From NCBI GenBank assembly GCA_051530055.1, contig CM121341.1, positions 19,198,784 through 19,262,783 of the forward strand: a stretch of DNA of 64,000 nt. Direction: 5' to 3'. Positions 49,402 through 62,172 of this stretch are shown here, in pieces (within the stretch, counting starts at the first letter, position 1; every line of letters starts with the position of its first letter). Source of the stretch: Neoechinorhynchus agilis (taxonomy: Eukaryota > Animalia > Acanthocephala). A model generated the notes under the pieces. That model had not been told where the DNA came from and ran no database searches. It saw only the letters and a program-made list of their open reading frames with translations. The position numbers and the translations under genes are program-made.

Positions 49402-51828
49402 ATGCTTGTTATGCACGACTTTTTTAAGGTTCCAACGCCTACTTCAGATTATTTACTGATGGCCTACACACGTTCCATATCTTCTCCGACAAAATCAAAC
49501 CGCAGTAGCGGACTAACGCTCATCGACCCTAATATCGCCATTTGGCCATTATCTGAGCCCTTTGACTATGGCACTTTAAATGTTTCGTTAAGCTCAAAAG
49601 TGGGCGTCATGGTAAGTGAATCTTTTGTCGTGAGATTAATTATCGCCAAATTTCATATAGGCAATGAAGCGAATCATAAAGTATTGTGTTGCAAAAGGTC
49701 CAGCGGCATATCCCAATTTGAGCTATATGGTCTGGCGCCACATAGCATGCGCACGATTGTTTTTATCGGAGAAAATCGCATGGCTCTATTTCGATACGTT
49801 CTGGTTGCTGAAGGATATATTGCCTAGAAATCGTCAAGTTTATGAACAGCAATTAGCCCGCCTTGCCTGCAACGACGTCAAATCTGAACGGCACAAGGAT
49901 AATCGGAAAGTTGACTGCTTGTCTTTTATTGTTTTGCTGTATCTTCAACAATACAACGTAGTTGCTAGAAGGTCCTTATTGTACTCACGAGAAGACTGGC
50001 CACTACATCTATCCGTTGGTGGTCACAGGAAGGTCAGTAGTACCAGTCAACCAAACTTAAATAGCGATTCAGCGAGGCAATGCTCAAAGAAAAGTAGTGG
50101 TTCATGTTGTTGTAATGAAGATACTCATCTTAGCTTTATCGTCAACCATTTAGAGGAACTCATTTGTTTACTTTCGACAGAACATAGAAAAAACTTGTCT
50201 GATTCACGAGTTCCTTTGGATTGCGTGCTGGCACTTGACTTTATACTCGAAGGTTCAATTGACAGCGGGCAGACATCGATGCCATTGCATAAAGTGCTCA
50301 TGTCGAAGGCCGAAGATTGTGGTTATAATCAGGTAAAATGACTGTTATTAGCGACGATATACCGATAACATTCTCTCTTATAAACGTATACGTAGCACCT
50401 AGAAACGTTTGAATTCAATCGTCTAGTTCATTTCATTAAAGTACATTTAAATACCAATCCTTACATCGGTACTAACTGTCTTAAGAACGGAGTAGCAATC
50501 AGCAAGCACTGTGAGTTAAGGGATAGGGTTTATGGGTTTGCAATTGTTTTACTAGTCGCGGGCGTAGTAAGACAGAACAAAGAGAAGGCAACCGTAGCCC
50601 AGGATCATCAGAGTGAAGTAAATCTTAACTCGCGAAGAAGGAAGATCGCCGTGGTTGCGTCCAATCACCCATTCGCTCCAACAAAGTATGTGCTCTTTTA
50701 TTTACTACCCTTAACATAGTTGCCGTTTTCGCTGAAAGTCGAAGGATGGTCATAATCGCGAATCTTAACAAGCAAACAATAATAGAGGTAAATTCTTGAA
50801 AATCTTTTTAGGACAATCCAGTATTTGGCTTGTGTACAACACACACTTAGACATCCCCATACTATGAGAACGCAGAAGTAAAAATCCATAAGTGCCACGT
50901 ATCCTACATTTACGTCCTCAATTCAATAAAGTGAGACGCGTACTCTAGATAAACAAAACAATTCTATTGCTTCTCTAAATCTAGATGTGCATTCATCACT
51001 CGATGCCGAAACACGACAATCGTTTTACCATCCGTCCAAACCACGGTGTTGATTGACCAATGTGATAATATAAATGTACTTACAGCATGTCGCCGATTCG
51101 CGATAGGGTTAGACCCAAGTGCTCTTCAATTGAATATACACAGAAATTTTAGACTTTCCTCCGACTGCACTGCTTATCTATTAACATCATATTCTCCCAT
51201 TGTCCTATCCGGTAACCAGACAATCAAGTTCGCCCCCTTCAACACAAACTTCGTCGGTCTCGATAATCTAATCAACAAAAATGGTCTTTACTTCTCAGAA
51301 AATAAATGGAAACAACCAGTTGTGCCAAGCATCGCTGCGAGCAATTCCCTTACAAGTGACCGGAATAGCATTGGTTCAGTGGATGCCTTTGAGTTCTTAA
51401 GTCCTTCCGATTTCCACCTAACAAACGTACCTGTGAAAAGCAGAGTTGCTTTACACATCCCTCTACCGGATACGTTTTTCCCACTTCCACTTGAGTTTCA
51501 GAAAAAGATAAAAACAAAATTTTTTGTGGGTTTTCTTCATTAGAGGAGAATTTTTGTTGTAGACGAACGAAAGGCATGTGTAGAAGAATGGAAGCAATTG
51601 ACTAAGAAGGCTTCCTTGAATCCGGATCAAAAAGCAGAATTTCAAAACTTTGTAGAGAAACAGTTTCACTTCTGGTTAAAGGCTACTGGATCCAAACGTG
51701 AAATAGAACAGTTGCTGGTGGCCGTGGCCAACGAGGGAGACGCAAAATCGCAATCCACGTGCTCCGCTGATTCCAAGATGACATCCAATCATTACGAAAA
51801 ACCGGATAGTATTCAGCATTCTTTGTAG
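49402..51828 (+). CDS. TBCCD1: TBCC domain-containing protein 1, multi-exon
   Basis: IWPLSEPF, YPNLSYMVWRHIAC, AWLYFDTF, VDCLSFIVLLYLQQ, EDWP, TACRRF, GNQTIKFAPFNT, FQNFVEKQFHFWLKATG; first intron 49612-49660 (49 nt). Confidence 0.85.
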
Positions 51829-52236
51829 AAAACTTCAAATTTTTGCATCATTCTGCAAAAAGTACCAAAAATGAAATTATGGTCTTTTCGCTATAGATTG
51901 TGCATCTAAGAAAAAAACGTTGGCGTTAATGTGCAATCAGACTTTCTTCAATAAATGATTATCGATTGTACGTAATATACCAACATCGTGCGTGTAGAAT
52001 TCAATATAAATACCGATATCTGAAGTAATTTATAGTCTCAACTAGTTTCCCCCTATAAACCTCATATTATACATTAGTTTCGCTAACCTTCCCCCTAAGC
52101 TGTAACGGTTAAAAATTATTTTGGATCTACTACTAATTAGTTTTAATATACGATACTAATAAAGCAAAAAAGGCACAAAATGGTAGACAACACGATTTGT
52201 TTCACTAAGGCGAACAAAACGTGACCATCAAGGAAT

Positions 52237-53983
52237 TTATTGAGAAAGTTTGATATCTAATCTTTGTCTGACAGCTTTGATAAAGTCCAGAGACGACAAA
52301 TAAGACGTATCACTAGACCTAGACATCTTTTGAATATTATTCTTTATAAAAACTGATACCTTGTGAGATCTTTGTCAATACTCATGCCTAGATCCTTTGT
52401 ATATTTACCAGCTTCAATAGTCTCGACGCACGCATCTTCGAGCTTCTTACACCATCTTTTCAACTCGGAGTTATCGTCCAATCGAGCTCGGTGGGCGATT
52501 CCACGTGACCATGCAAATATACTAGCAACCGGATTTGTACTTGTTCGCTCACCCTATTAAACGTTCAGAAGCTGAAAGCAATGCTAAAAAGTGTCCAAAT
52601 ACTCAACCCTTTGATATTTCCGAAAGTGTTTAGTAACAGTACCGTGCGCAGCCTCGCTTTCCATGATACGTCCATCAGGAGTTAATAAAACGCTGGTCAT
52701 AAGCCCCAATGATCCATAACCTTGGGCTACCAAATCAGACATGACATCACCATCATAATTCTTAAGAGCCCACACGAATCCTCCTTCTGATCGAAGGCAC
52801 ATCGCCACCATATCATCAATTAGTCTATGCTGGTAACTGATTCCCAAAGCGTCAAATTCCAATTTGAATTCACTATGTGAAAGGCACGAAGCATAAAAAA
52901 CGCTTTTCTAAAAACTTCCCAAGTCTTTTTTGACTCCTTTGCGCTTGTGGCAAACAGCCGATCGGTTTAAAACGTAGTGGCGCAAATGATACAAGTTATA
53001 ATATTATGACTTTTCGGAAATTACCTCTTAAAGACTTGTTCAAAAATATCTTTGAAGCGCCCGTCATAAATCTTCAATACAGTGTTTTTCGTCGATAAAA
53101 ACATGGGCATTTTGACTTTAACTGCGTATTGAAAACAGGACCTTGCAAAATCCTCAATTGATTTGTCGGTATTATACATTGATAAAACGATGCCGCTTGA
53201 ACATTGATTTTTGATAATTTTTTGTTGATTTTCACCAGCACACTCAGACTCAAAAAGGAGCTTTACAATGCCTGGACCCTTTGTTAGCATTTCAGTAGCG
53301 TCATACTGTATAAATATTGTTTAATTTAGCAAAAATATTACTATTTACCTGATCGGCATGAGCGTGTCGAGCAACTATTATAGGCTTTTTCCACGAGGGA
53401 ACCAGAACTGGGACGCTCGGACACACAATGGGTTGTCGAAATATAGTCCCACCGACAATATTTCGTATTGTAGCATTCGGGCTCTTCCACATCTTTTTCA
53501 GTCCGAATTCTAGTTGCAGGAACGTGAATACTAAAAGTAAACGCCAATTTCACCGACCTTTCACTCGAGCTTCGTCAGGAGTAATCGTTGCGCATTTTAT
53601 GCCAACGCCATGCTGAATTGTGGTGCGGATGAACAAGTTCGTTTTGCTCAGGTAAAGAGGAATCAACCAGTGGTATGAAAAAGTGAAATTTGTTCATCCG
53701 CACTTGATTGCATGGGCGGCATCTTTGGTCACCGAATCGTGGGTTCCATCACGATTAGAGATGGATAGATCATAAACGATAGTGTTTAGCTTCAAATATG
53801 GATTAATCAACTAGCAGGAAGGAACATGGATTAAGATTAAATTGGATAACTAGATACCTGGTCTTTAATCCAATTCCACATGACGTCAGCCATCTCATCG
53901 CCGGTTATTTCAACAATGTTTCCTCTGGTAGATAGCCGCGTATTAGAATGCATAAAGCGATTAAGCTGCCGCAGAATTTTCAT
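52237..53983 (-). CDS. IDH: NADP-dependent isocitrate dehydrogenase with a possible mitochondrial presequence, multi-exon
   Basis: [96 protein letters not shown]. Confidence 0.95.
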
Positions 53984-54076
53984 TTGTTCTAAAACGTCGG
54001 TTAACATTATGAAAGTATCAATACTAAAATTGTACAAAGTTGTCAGAGAACCGTAAACCGAAATTTATTGCTAGTG

Positions 54077-55393
54077 CTACCGAGCCAACAAATCTTTCTT
54101 TTCCTTTAGATCGTCAAGGTTGCTCTCGAACTTTACTTGCAGTTGCATAAGTCTTGTTTTTTTTGACAAAAACGAGACCTTGATTTGGCGGAACCTTGAG
54201 CTCATCTCTTGTGCAATTAGTTTCCTTTGTTGGGAACCAACTTTTGCAACATCGAATACTCGTTTCATTGCTGCGAATTGTGCGCTGATATGTACGACAT
54301 ATTCTCGCAATTCTCGGTATTCAATCAAATCGTTTCGAAGAGTTTCATCACTTACGGACTCCAATCTTTTAAGAAACGTTTCTTTATCCATGGGACCACT
54401 GTGCGAGTGCTTTTCGCTGTCCGAATTCGTTGAGAAAATTTCAGTATGTTCGGTGCTCGACGCTGCACATGATGTCTTAGTCACTTGATCGTGATGATCC
54501 ACTTGTAAAGGAACGTTGTTCTTACTAATAGCAATCCTCTTTGTAGAAGGCGGGCTTATACTATCATGGTTGCTTTCAGTTTGATCGCCCCTTTTCGACT
54601 CTAATAAGCATTTTGTAAAAGGACTACCAGTGGACCTGATGGAATTTGCAGACGCCGTGGGTTTTGATGAATTCCTCTTGTGAGGATGTACGCAGATCGG
54701 CGGACCTGTAATTCCACGATTATCCAAAACTTTACTTACAAGATACTTTTCATACTTCGAGTAACCTTCCCAATCGCGATCCACTTCGTCAAACAACTGA
54801 TGCTTTAAATTATACAGGTGATCGGTTTTAAAGGAAATTTCGGACAGTATCTCCTCTAGCGAGCTCGCGTACTTTTTGGTGGTTCGACCGATGCGCACTA
54901 GTACCTTTTCCTTTCTCAATGAACCCAGTGCAAGAATTTGAATAAATCGCCTACGAATTTCACCCTTTGTCTTCGACATGCTAGTTAAACGAATGGGTTT
55001 GTCCTGATTTACGGTGACTATTTTGCGTATCACATTATTGAGTTTTAACGTTTCGTTCTTCCCAGTAACGCAGAGGCCGAGAAGTAGACGAGTCGCTTGA
55101 ATCGATTTAAACTCAAACGTCGATTGTGCCGATCGTTCGTCTTCGATGACAAAAGCGCCCTCGTTTTCACCCCCGAACATGACATATGTACGCTTTGTTG
55201 ATGGATCCAAAAGACTGTTCAATAGATCGGCTGTTAAGGAAATCAATCCAACTTCCTGTTCATTGTTTTCTTTTGATTGCAAATCCCCTTTCAACGTAGA
55301 GCGCCGGTTCTTAGTTGCAGATGCAACTGTTCCAGAAATGTGCTCAATTCGTTTGTTCAATGTTTTTGACCGTCTATTGGTGCACTTCGACAT
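54077..55393 (-). CDS. ELL: RNA polymerase II elongation factor ELL
   Basis: IRRRFIQILAL, YNLK..LFDEVDRDWEGYS (ELL N-terminal region) and a C-terminal occludin/ELL-like helical domain (EYRELR...SKKTRL.QL..K). Confidence 0.8.
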   Translation of the reverse strand: MSKCTNRRSKTLNKRIEHISGTVASATKNRRSTLKGDLQSKENNEQEVGLISLTADLLNSLLDPSTKRTYVMFGGENEGAFVIEDERSAQSTFEFKSIQATRLLLGLCVTGKNETLKLNNVIRKIVTVNQDKPIRLTSMSKTKGEIRRRFIQILALGSLRKEKVLVRIGRTTKKYASSLEEILSEISFKTDHLYNLKHQLFDEVDRDWEGYSKYEKYLVSKVLDNRGITGPPICVHPHKRNSSKPTASANSIRSTGSPFTKCLLESKRGDQTESNHDSISPPSTKRIAISKNNVPLQVDHHDQVTKTSCAASSTEHTEIFSTNSDSEKHSHSGPMDKETFLKRLESVSDETLRNDLIEYRELREYVVHISAQFAAMKRVFDVAKVGSQQRKLIAQEMSSRFRQIKVSFLSKKTRLMQLQVKFESNLDDLKEKKDLLAR

Positions 55394-56486
55394 CTGAACG
55401 AAGACCGAACTTACATTTAATACGATCGGGTTTTAGACAAAGAAACTGCAAAAGTAGGAGCTATAACGAATTCTCTCCATATTTCATCGAGCAACGGCGA
55501 CAAATACACTTTTCAACTGCTGTCAGTTCTGTCTTCTGACGCGAAAAGAGTTTAGAGTGCACTCACAATTTGAAATTTCGCAAAAATTAAGTGCAAAACT
55601 ATTTCTAAACCTATCCTCGAAATAATTCGTTACGTTAAAGATTTATGCAACGAAGACGCACATACGATCCAAGGAAGACTAAAGGATGGCAAACGCTGAC
55701 ATTACGAAACACTCGTCGGTATCATGGAAGCTCGACGCAGGTGAATCGTTTGTATGCAACAGTAGAAACGGTGCTCGATTGAACAATAGTGGAGGTGAAA
55801 GACTACAGCAATGGCGAAGGAAAAAGTTCATTTGCGTTAAACAACGGCTGAGACCTTAGGATGCGCCAAAGTACGAACACTGGTCGCAAATATCGGCGAA
55901 TTCTAGGTTATTAAGCGCTCATCATCCAAACGTATTGATAAATAACGTGAGTTGAGCGATTTACGGCAAGTGCTTTTTGCACGCGTATTCTGTATTCTCA
56001 ACGATTGCACGTTCGCTCATCGTGCGAAACACTTTACCGAACAGTCTTGAACTAAACGAACCCAAGTTCACACTTCCACGAAAAAATCGATTGCCGGTTT
56101 CGATTTTAAAATGATTCGTTCAATATTTGAGCGCTAAACATTATCCGTATAAATTAACCTTGATAATGGGCCGAAATATTGGAACCAATAAATTCTCATG
56201 AAACATTTTTCGTATATCATCGACAGAGAAAATCCTTCGGGTTAATCAAAGTGTACTTTTGGTGAAAGTAATCCCGGTCATAACCTATTTGATTTATTTG
56301 AGTTCGCGAGGTAACCTCGCCTCATCAGTAACGTCATATATTTTTCGTATAATTTAAAATCCTCCAAACAGAAATTAACAATTTAAAAATTATCGAAAAA
56401 AAGATTAAACATTATAATGATCTTTTGTTTAATACGATTGTTCAAAGAAAATCACGTTTCCGATTTTGTCATAACCCCTTTTTAAA

Positions 56487-57361
56487 ATGGTTGAAACCGA
56501 ACTTTCTTCTTCATTAAGCCATTTTCGAAGCGAAGTTGCAGCAAGATCGCTGAAGTCTGTTAAAATCAGTATTAAAGTACCTTTCTTTTTTAGTGGCATC
56601 CACTTCTTAACACAAAAAATCGCAGACCTTCGTAGTTCAATCTGCCGTACCGCTGAACTCGATAACGTCCTCTCCCTCTCGTTAACGTCTACTCTCTCAA
56701 CAAATCAATGAACGGTGAACGAGAATCTACCAAGTATTCTGCTTTTCTTGATGTTGCACAAAAGAAGTGTTTTGAACGAGTCACTGATACTCTAAAGGGT
56801 TCATTAATTGAAGCGATGAGCACAGTTTAGGATATATTAGCGGAAGCTATTCAGTGCGAAATTGAAGCTCTCAAAAGTGAACAGTTGGTCGAAGTCAAAA
56901 AGTGCAAAGGGAAAAAAGTTAACAGTACAAAGAGGCAAAGATTTCAAAGGGGAATTCTAAGAAATGAGCTAAAGGCTTACATAAATCGGCTAGTGAAGCT
57001 GCCACGAAGGATAATACGGTTTTGGAAGATTCTATCATTGTGGCAAACTCAAGCGAAGATTCGTTGGAAACGAGTGGTATCCAAAAGACAGCGAATATTT
57101 CAACAATTACAAGGGACTTGGTACCAACCTCAGGAGGGTATTCAGCCTGCAGTACTTAATGATTCGAAAATTACTGTGAAGGAGCATGATATTGTGACCA
57201 AGATAAAAGGTAACGATAGGAAAAGTGAAAGTGATTCACCTTCAGTAACTACTAAGAAAGCTACGGTCGAACAAAAGGTCGAAGAAACATCTGAACGAGT
57301 AGGAACAAGAGCGAAAGGAGGATCAAATAACTATAAGGATAAACGGTTGAAACGCGCATAA
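56487..57361 (+). pseudogene. Second copy of the orphan disrupted ORF
   Basis: Same reading frames and the same internal TAG (acagtttag) as 19981-20855. Confidence 0.4.
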
Positions 57362-58560
57362 AATGCTGTCCTATATCTGCAAAGTAACTTCCACATCTAA
57401 TGGCAGTTATCTTTTAAAGACTGGGTCCGGTCGCTATCGACAAAATCACTTTTAAATTGATTCTCGGAGTCAGTTTTGCACACGTCAGTAAACTCGCGGT
57501 CTAATTTTCCTTTGTTTTCTGCAAAATGCTACGATCCACAAATGCAGTGCATGAAGGTAGCGTTCCAAAAAAAGGTACTGCATCGAAGCAATCTATTATG
57601 CTGTAGTGCATGAAGGTAGCGTTCAAAAAAGGGACTGCATCGAAGCAATCCATTATTTGCGCTGTCGGCTTCTTAGGTGTCAGCTACGATAAAATGCTGT
57701 CCTTTATATCTCACAAGTTACTACCACATCTAATGAAAGTTATCCTTTAAAGATTGTGTATGGTCGATATCGATAGAACGTCTTTTAAATTGATTCTCGG
57801 AGTCAGTTTTGCACACGTCAGTAAACTCGCGGTCTAATTTTCCTTGTTATTTTGCAAAATTCTACGATTGACAAATGCAGTGCATGAAGGAAGCATTCGT
57901 AAAAAAGGGACTGCATCGAAGCAATCCATTATTTGCGCTGTCCGCTTCTTAAGCGTCAGCTACGATTAAATGCTGTCCTTTATATCTCCAAAGTTACTTC
58001 CACATCCAATGACAGTCATCCTTTAAAGACTCGGTACGGTCGATATCGATAGAACGTCTTTTAAATTGATTCTCGGAGTCAGTTTTGCACACGCTAGTAA
58101 ACTCGCTGTCTAATTTTCCTTTGTATTCTACAAAATGCTACGATCAACAAATGCAGTGCATGAAGGAATCATTCCTAAAAAAAGGGACTGCATCGAAGCA
58201 ATCCATTATTTGCGCTGTCGGCTTCTTCAGCGTCAGCTACGATTAAATTTTGTCCTTTATACCTCCAAGTTGCTTCCACATCTAATGAAAGTTATCCTTT
58301 AAAGACTCGGTGCCGTCGATATCGATAGAACGTCTTTTAAATTGATTCTCGAAGTCAGTTTTCCACACGCTAGTAAACTCGCTGTTTAATTTTCCTTTGT
58401 ATTCTACAAAATCCTACGATCCACATATGCAGTGCATGAAAGTAGCGTTCCAAAAAAGAACTGCATCGAAGCAATCCAAAATTTGCACTGTCGGTTTTTA
58501 AAACATCAGCTACGATTAAATGCTATCCTTTATATCTGTAAAGTTACTTATTTTGCCATT
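57360..58560. repeat. Tandem array, ~276-bp unit, about 4.3 copies
   Basis: Reverse complement of the 18470-19985 array, including the 57-bp internal duplication in the innermost unit. Confidence 0.93.
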
Positions 58561-58700
58561 AGTAGTCATCCTTCGTAGACATGGTCATAAAAATGGTAAA
58601 CTCGGACTTAGATTACTTCTAAAACGTTAATTTTTCCACTACAGTCAGATTGTTTCCGTCCCATATTGTAAATTGTTATAATTGAACAATGGGATGTTTT

Positions 58701-60415
58701 GACATTGCTGATGTGTTTTTGGCTCGAGGGTTTACCCTGACGTTAATCCTCCCCATTTGTTCGGGCTTGGGAACGGTACCGAGTCACCCCGGTGGCTTGG
58801 TTCAAATTAATACTAGGAGAGGAGTGTACCACGGAACATAGAGTGCTCTTGGTGGACCTCGATATTCGAGGGAAACCCAAACAGCCGACATCCTATACTC
58901 AGGGAAAAGATGAAAATGGTGCTCACCCAGAAATTGAGTGCGAATGTGGCTGAACTGGAACGCTGGTGGGATGAGACAGCCGAAGCGATTCGTAGTGAAG
59001 TATATGACGAGGCCGTACTCGTACAATGAGGTGGCTGCACAGCTCAGGAAAATGAACACTGGTATTAACGCCGGTCCAGATAACATTCCGATCGAGCTGT
59101 GGCAATCCCTGGGAGTCTTCGGAATAAAGTTGCTCACGAGGCTATTTCAGAAGATAGATTTGGAGGAAAAGATCCCGTCGGAATGGCAGGTAAGCATATT
59201 GATACCGATCTTCAAAGGCATAAGAGATGTTCTGTAGTGTCAGAGCTACCGCGACATCAAACTCATGTATCACACAATGAAACTGTGAAAACGAATGATC
59301 GATCACAGGATTAGAGAGGAGATCCGAATCAGCGAGGACCAACGAGGATTTATGCCCGGCAGAAGTACAATCGATGCAATATTCGTGCTAAGGCAGCTGT
59401 ATGAGAGGCTCAGTGAGATGCAGTGCCCTTTGCACAGTGTGTTCGTCGATTTGGAAGAGGCGTACGATACGGTTCCTCGAGATTTGGTGTGGGCATGCCT
59501 CAAAAAAAGTAATTGTCCCGAACACCATGTCGCCGCGATCCGAGCGATGTATCGAGAATGCTACACCTGCATGCGATGCCACAGCGGAACGACCGACTAT
59601 TTCCGAGTATCAATGGGTCTTCAACAAGGTTCGGCTCTGAGCCCATTCTTGTTCACGATTGTGATAGACGTCCTAAGAAATGCGGAAAGAGAAATGATCG
59701 CACCATTCGCGGACGCTTTGGTGCTTACAGCTAGGGATGTGGACACGCTCAAGAATTTGCTGGAGAGTTGGCGACAGCAATTAGAGAGCAACGGATTGAG
59801 AGTGAGCAGGCGCAAAACGAAATACATGGGACCGGGTAACCTCGATATGGAAGGAACTCAGATCGAAAAGATGGACACCTTCGAATATTTGGGCAGCATG
59901 TTGAACATGCATTGTGAGCTCGAACCAGAGATCGGACAAAGAGTTCAATGCGGGTGGAACAACTGGAGGAAAACAGGTATCCATTGAGATAAGCATCTCC
60001 CGAACAAGCTCGAAGAGCAAGCCCGCCATGGTTCTACAGAGCAGAGATGTGGGCTATGAAGAAGGAAGACGTTCAACGATTAGCCGTCAACGAAATGCGG
60101 ATGCTGAGATGGTCCGCAGGATTGAAACGCAAGGATCGAGTGCCAATGAGGAGGTTCGAAAGCTGTTTGCTGTCGAGCCGATCGAGGAGGCAATCGCTAA
60201 GAGGCGGATGCGATCGTATCCGCAGGTGACACAAGCAGATGAAGACGTCTGGGTGAAGAGCGCGTGGAGAATCGAGCTCGAGGTGAAAAGGAGAAGAGGT
60301 GGGAGGACAGTGTGAGCGGAGATTTCAAGACGCTGGGAAATTAGAACAAAGACGAAAACCAACAATGCTGAAAAGAACGACCTCTCAAGTGAGAGAAAAG
60401 TTCAAAAAAATGTTG
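58701..60415 (+). mobile_element. RTE-clade LINE insertion with 5' inversion and 19-bp target-site duplication
   Basis: TSD TTGAACAATGGGATGTTTT at 58682-58700 and 60416-60434; plus-strand body from KLILGEECTTEHRVL through GPDNIP, FMPGRST, DLEEAYD, LQQGSALSP, FADAL; 58701-~58803 is the inverted 5' UTR. Confidence 0.9.
58742..58803 (-). ncRNA. Twister-like motif in the inverted 5' UTR of the RTE
   Basis: GAACCAA-GC-CA-CCGGG-GUGA-CUCGG-UACCGUUCCCAAGCCCGAACAAA-UGGG-GAGG; 19 of 23 positions match the recalled core; GNRA-capped P3. Confidence 0.6.
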
Positions 60416-60674
60416 TTGAACAATGGGATGTTTTACTTTATTTGATCCTTCGTTTCTTTTTTATAGAATAAAAAGATAGAATCGATAAATCTGAACAAAT
60501 ATAATGCATTGGGCAATGCTAGGACAAACTACACGTGGAGCTCGGTAAAAGATTTTGAGATTCGTTAGAGGCACGAAAGGTTTTGTGTGGAGAAGCCAAA
60601 GTTGTTACATAAAAGGTTGATTCGGGAAACGAAGATGACCACACATTTTTTTGAAAGTAAACGAATCCTTTTCC

Positions 60675-61262
60675 TTAACCTTCCTCCTCTTCGTCATCGT
60701 TATCTCCACCGGCACCAGTTTCTGCCTTCTTTCTGGCATTACGTCTTTTAACACGACCAGGTCGCCCTGACCTATAAGGAGAATTAGCACTGTGTTCAAT
60801 GTGTTTCTGAGAGTCCAGTCGAACAATAAACGAAGGAACATTGACCAATTGCTTTCTAACACTAATATGGCGCTGTCTGATCATCACTCGAGCATGATGA
60901 ACACTCTTGGCCAATCCCAATCGATGAACTTGCGTCTGAAGACGCCGTTCAAGGAAGTCCTGTGGCTTTAGACTCAAAACGTAATCCAATTTCATTCGAC
61001 CTTCATCGAGAATTCCGTATCGCACGAGGCGACGTAACAGAGCATTTCCTTGAAACACCCTTTTCGGATCCTTTGGAGGAAGAGTCAACAACAAGCGAGC
61101 CGTCTTACGGACCTTCGCCAACGTGAATTTCACACGCCACAGTTCTCTCTTATTGCGGAGACCATACTCACCGACCAATCTTAGTTCCTGATCGAGACGT
61201 TCCTTTTCGAAGGGGCGTCGCGGGGTAATGTAAGTCTTGCTGCAAACGCGGGGAAGACGCAT
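60675..61262 (-). CDS. RPS9: 40S ribosomal protein S9 (uS4)
   Basis: [54 protein letters not shown]; true ATG at 61262, the upstream part of the listed ORF is not RPS9-like. Confidence 0.98.
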   Translation of the reverse strand: MRLPRVCSKTYITPRRPFEKERLDQELRLVGEYGLRNKRELWRVKFTLAKVRKTARLLLTLPPKDPKRVFQGNALLRRLVRYGILDEGRMKLDYVLSLKPQDFLERRLQTQVHRLGLAKSVHHARVMIRQRHISVRKQLVNVPSFIVRLDSQKHIEHSANSPYRSGRPGRVKRRNARKKAETGAGGDNDDEEEEG

Positions 61263-61933
61263 TGCCTGAGCACAAACACGCGGGCGGGGCAAAATAATGC
61301 GAACAGGAGCGCACGGAAGAATTACGAGGATGCGCAAACGGGTGTGGCCATGCGATATTTCGGCGTTTTAGGTACGAGGACTTATATCGGATCGCATTTA
61401 TCGGCATAATTTTATACTTTATAAAATGGAATATTGAGTTGAACTCTTCGTGTAGGATGTAGTGGTCGAGTAAATATTGAGCTGCGTTCTCAAAGGAAAC
61501 GTAAACTCCATTTTTGCGGGCCGAGGGTTTGTAAATATATTTCGATCGCGTATGGTAAAATTCACATTTCCGCACACAACACTCGGACTGTTCTTACGCT
61601 GAAACTAAAGTTAGTTTATTTTGATAAATCCGCACAAACATTCGGAACAATCCAAGTCGCTATTCATTGTTCACTAATGTCGATTTTGTACCGAAATAAA
61701 AAGAATTGTCAAACATTTGACACCTATCCTAGAGCAAATTTTCTCAGATTGTCAACATCGCCAAACTGCTACTTCCACAAAAACAAACACTTCTATCAAC
61801 ATAGTCTTCCCTTGCAGCAACATCCAAAACGCTCCCATTCGTAATCTGCAGTCTACAGGAATGTTGCCGCAATATAAAGCAAGTTATTCGCGTCTTCTCT
61901 TCCTCCTCCAGTCGTATATTTCGCCATCAATCA

Positions 61934-62167
61934 ATGCCGAGCGACAAAGACAATTTCGAGGATAAGCTAAGAACTCTACAAGGTATGATTCCAAGCTAGC
62001 CTTGTACGCAAATACACATTTGCTACTTTTCTTCAGATCTTATCAGCAAGGTTAAATCTGTCAAAGAACGCAATGCAAGAACGAAACTCGAGAACGAGCT
62101 TCTTAAACAACAGATGCAATCTCTCCTTCTTACAAGCTCAGTGTTTGAACAAATGAACAATATTTGA
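61934..62167 (+). CDS. SCOC: Short coiled-coil protein (SCOC/UNC-69 family), two exons, intron 61983-62036; absent from the ORF track
   Basis: Spliced product MPSDKDNFEDKLRTLQDLISKVKSVKERNARTKLENELLKQQMQSLLLTSSVFEQMNNI matches the recalled SCOC pattern TL.DL..RV..VKEEN.KL..EN..L.Q....L...SSVF. Confidence 0.7.
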
Positions 62168-62172
62168 TCTTT

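Larger units (their letters stand above)
56054..58560. repeat. Right copy of the inverted duplication (partner 18470-21288)
   Basis: Reverse complement of the left copy with scattered substitutions; about one fewer 276-bp unit. Confidence 0.95.

Noticed and set aside
52864-53020. Longer IDH intron with TTTGCGC/GCGCAAA complementarity as a snoRNA
   Set aside because: No C/D boxes and no convincing H/ACA two-hairpin layout by eye
18470-58560. Polinton/Maverick or other autonomous giant transposon defined by the long inverted repeats
   Set aside because: No protein-primed polymerase, integrase, capsid or transposase between the arms; outer termini do not match and no TSD found
58800-58815. ATTAAT upstream of the inverted twister as a restored P1 strand
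   Set aside because: Those bases belong to the plus-strand APE coding frame (K-L-I-L); the pairing is short and AU-only, probably chance
1015-61575. Numerous 60-160-aa ORFs antisense to or overlapping real genes and retroelements (e.g. 1015-1347, 12583-13065, 54120-54488, 61168-61575)
   Set aside because: Shadow frames with no recognisable motifs
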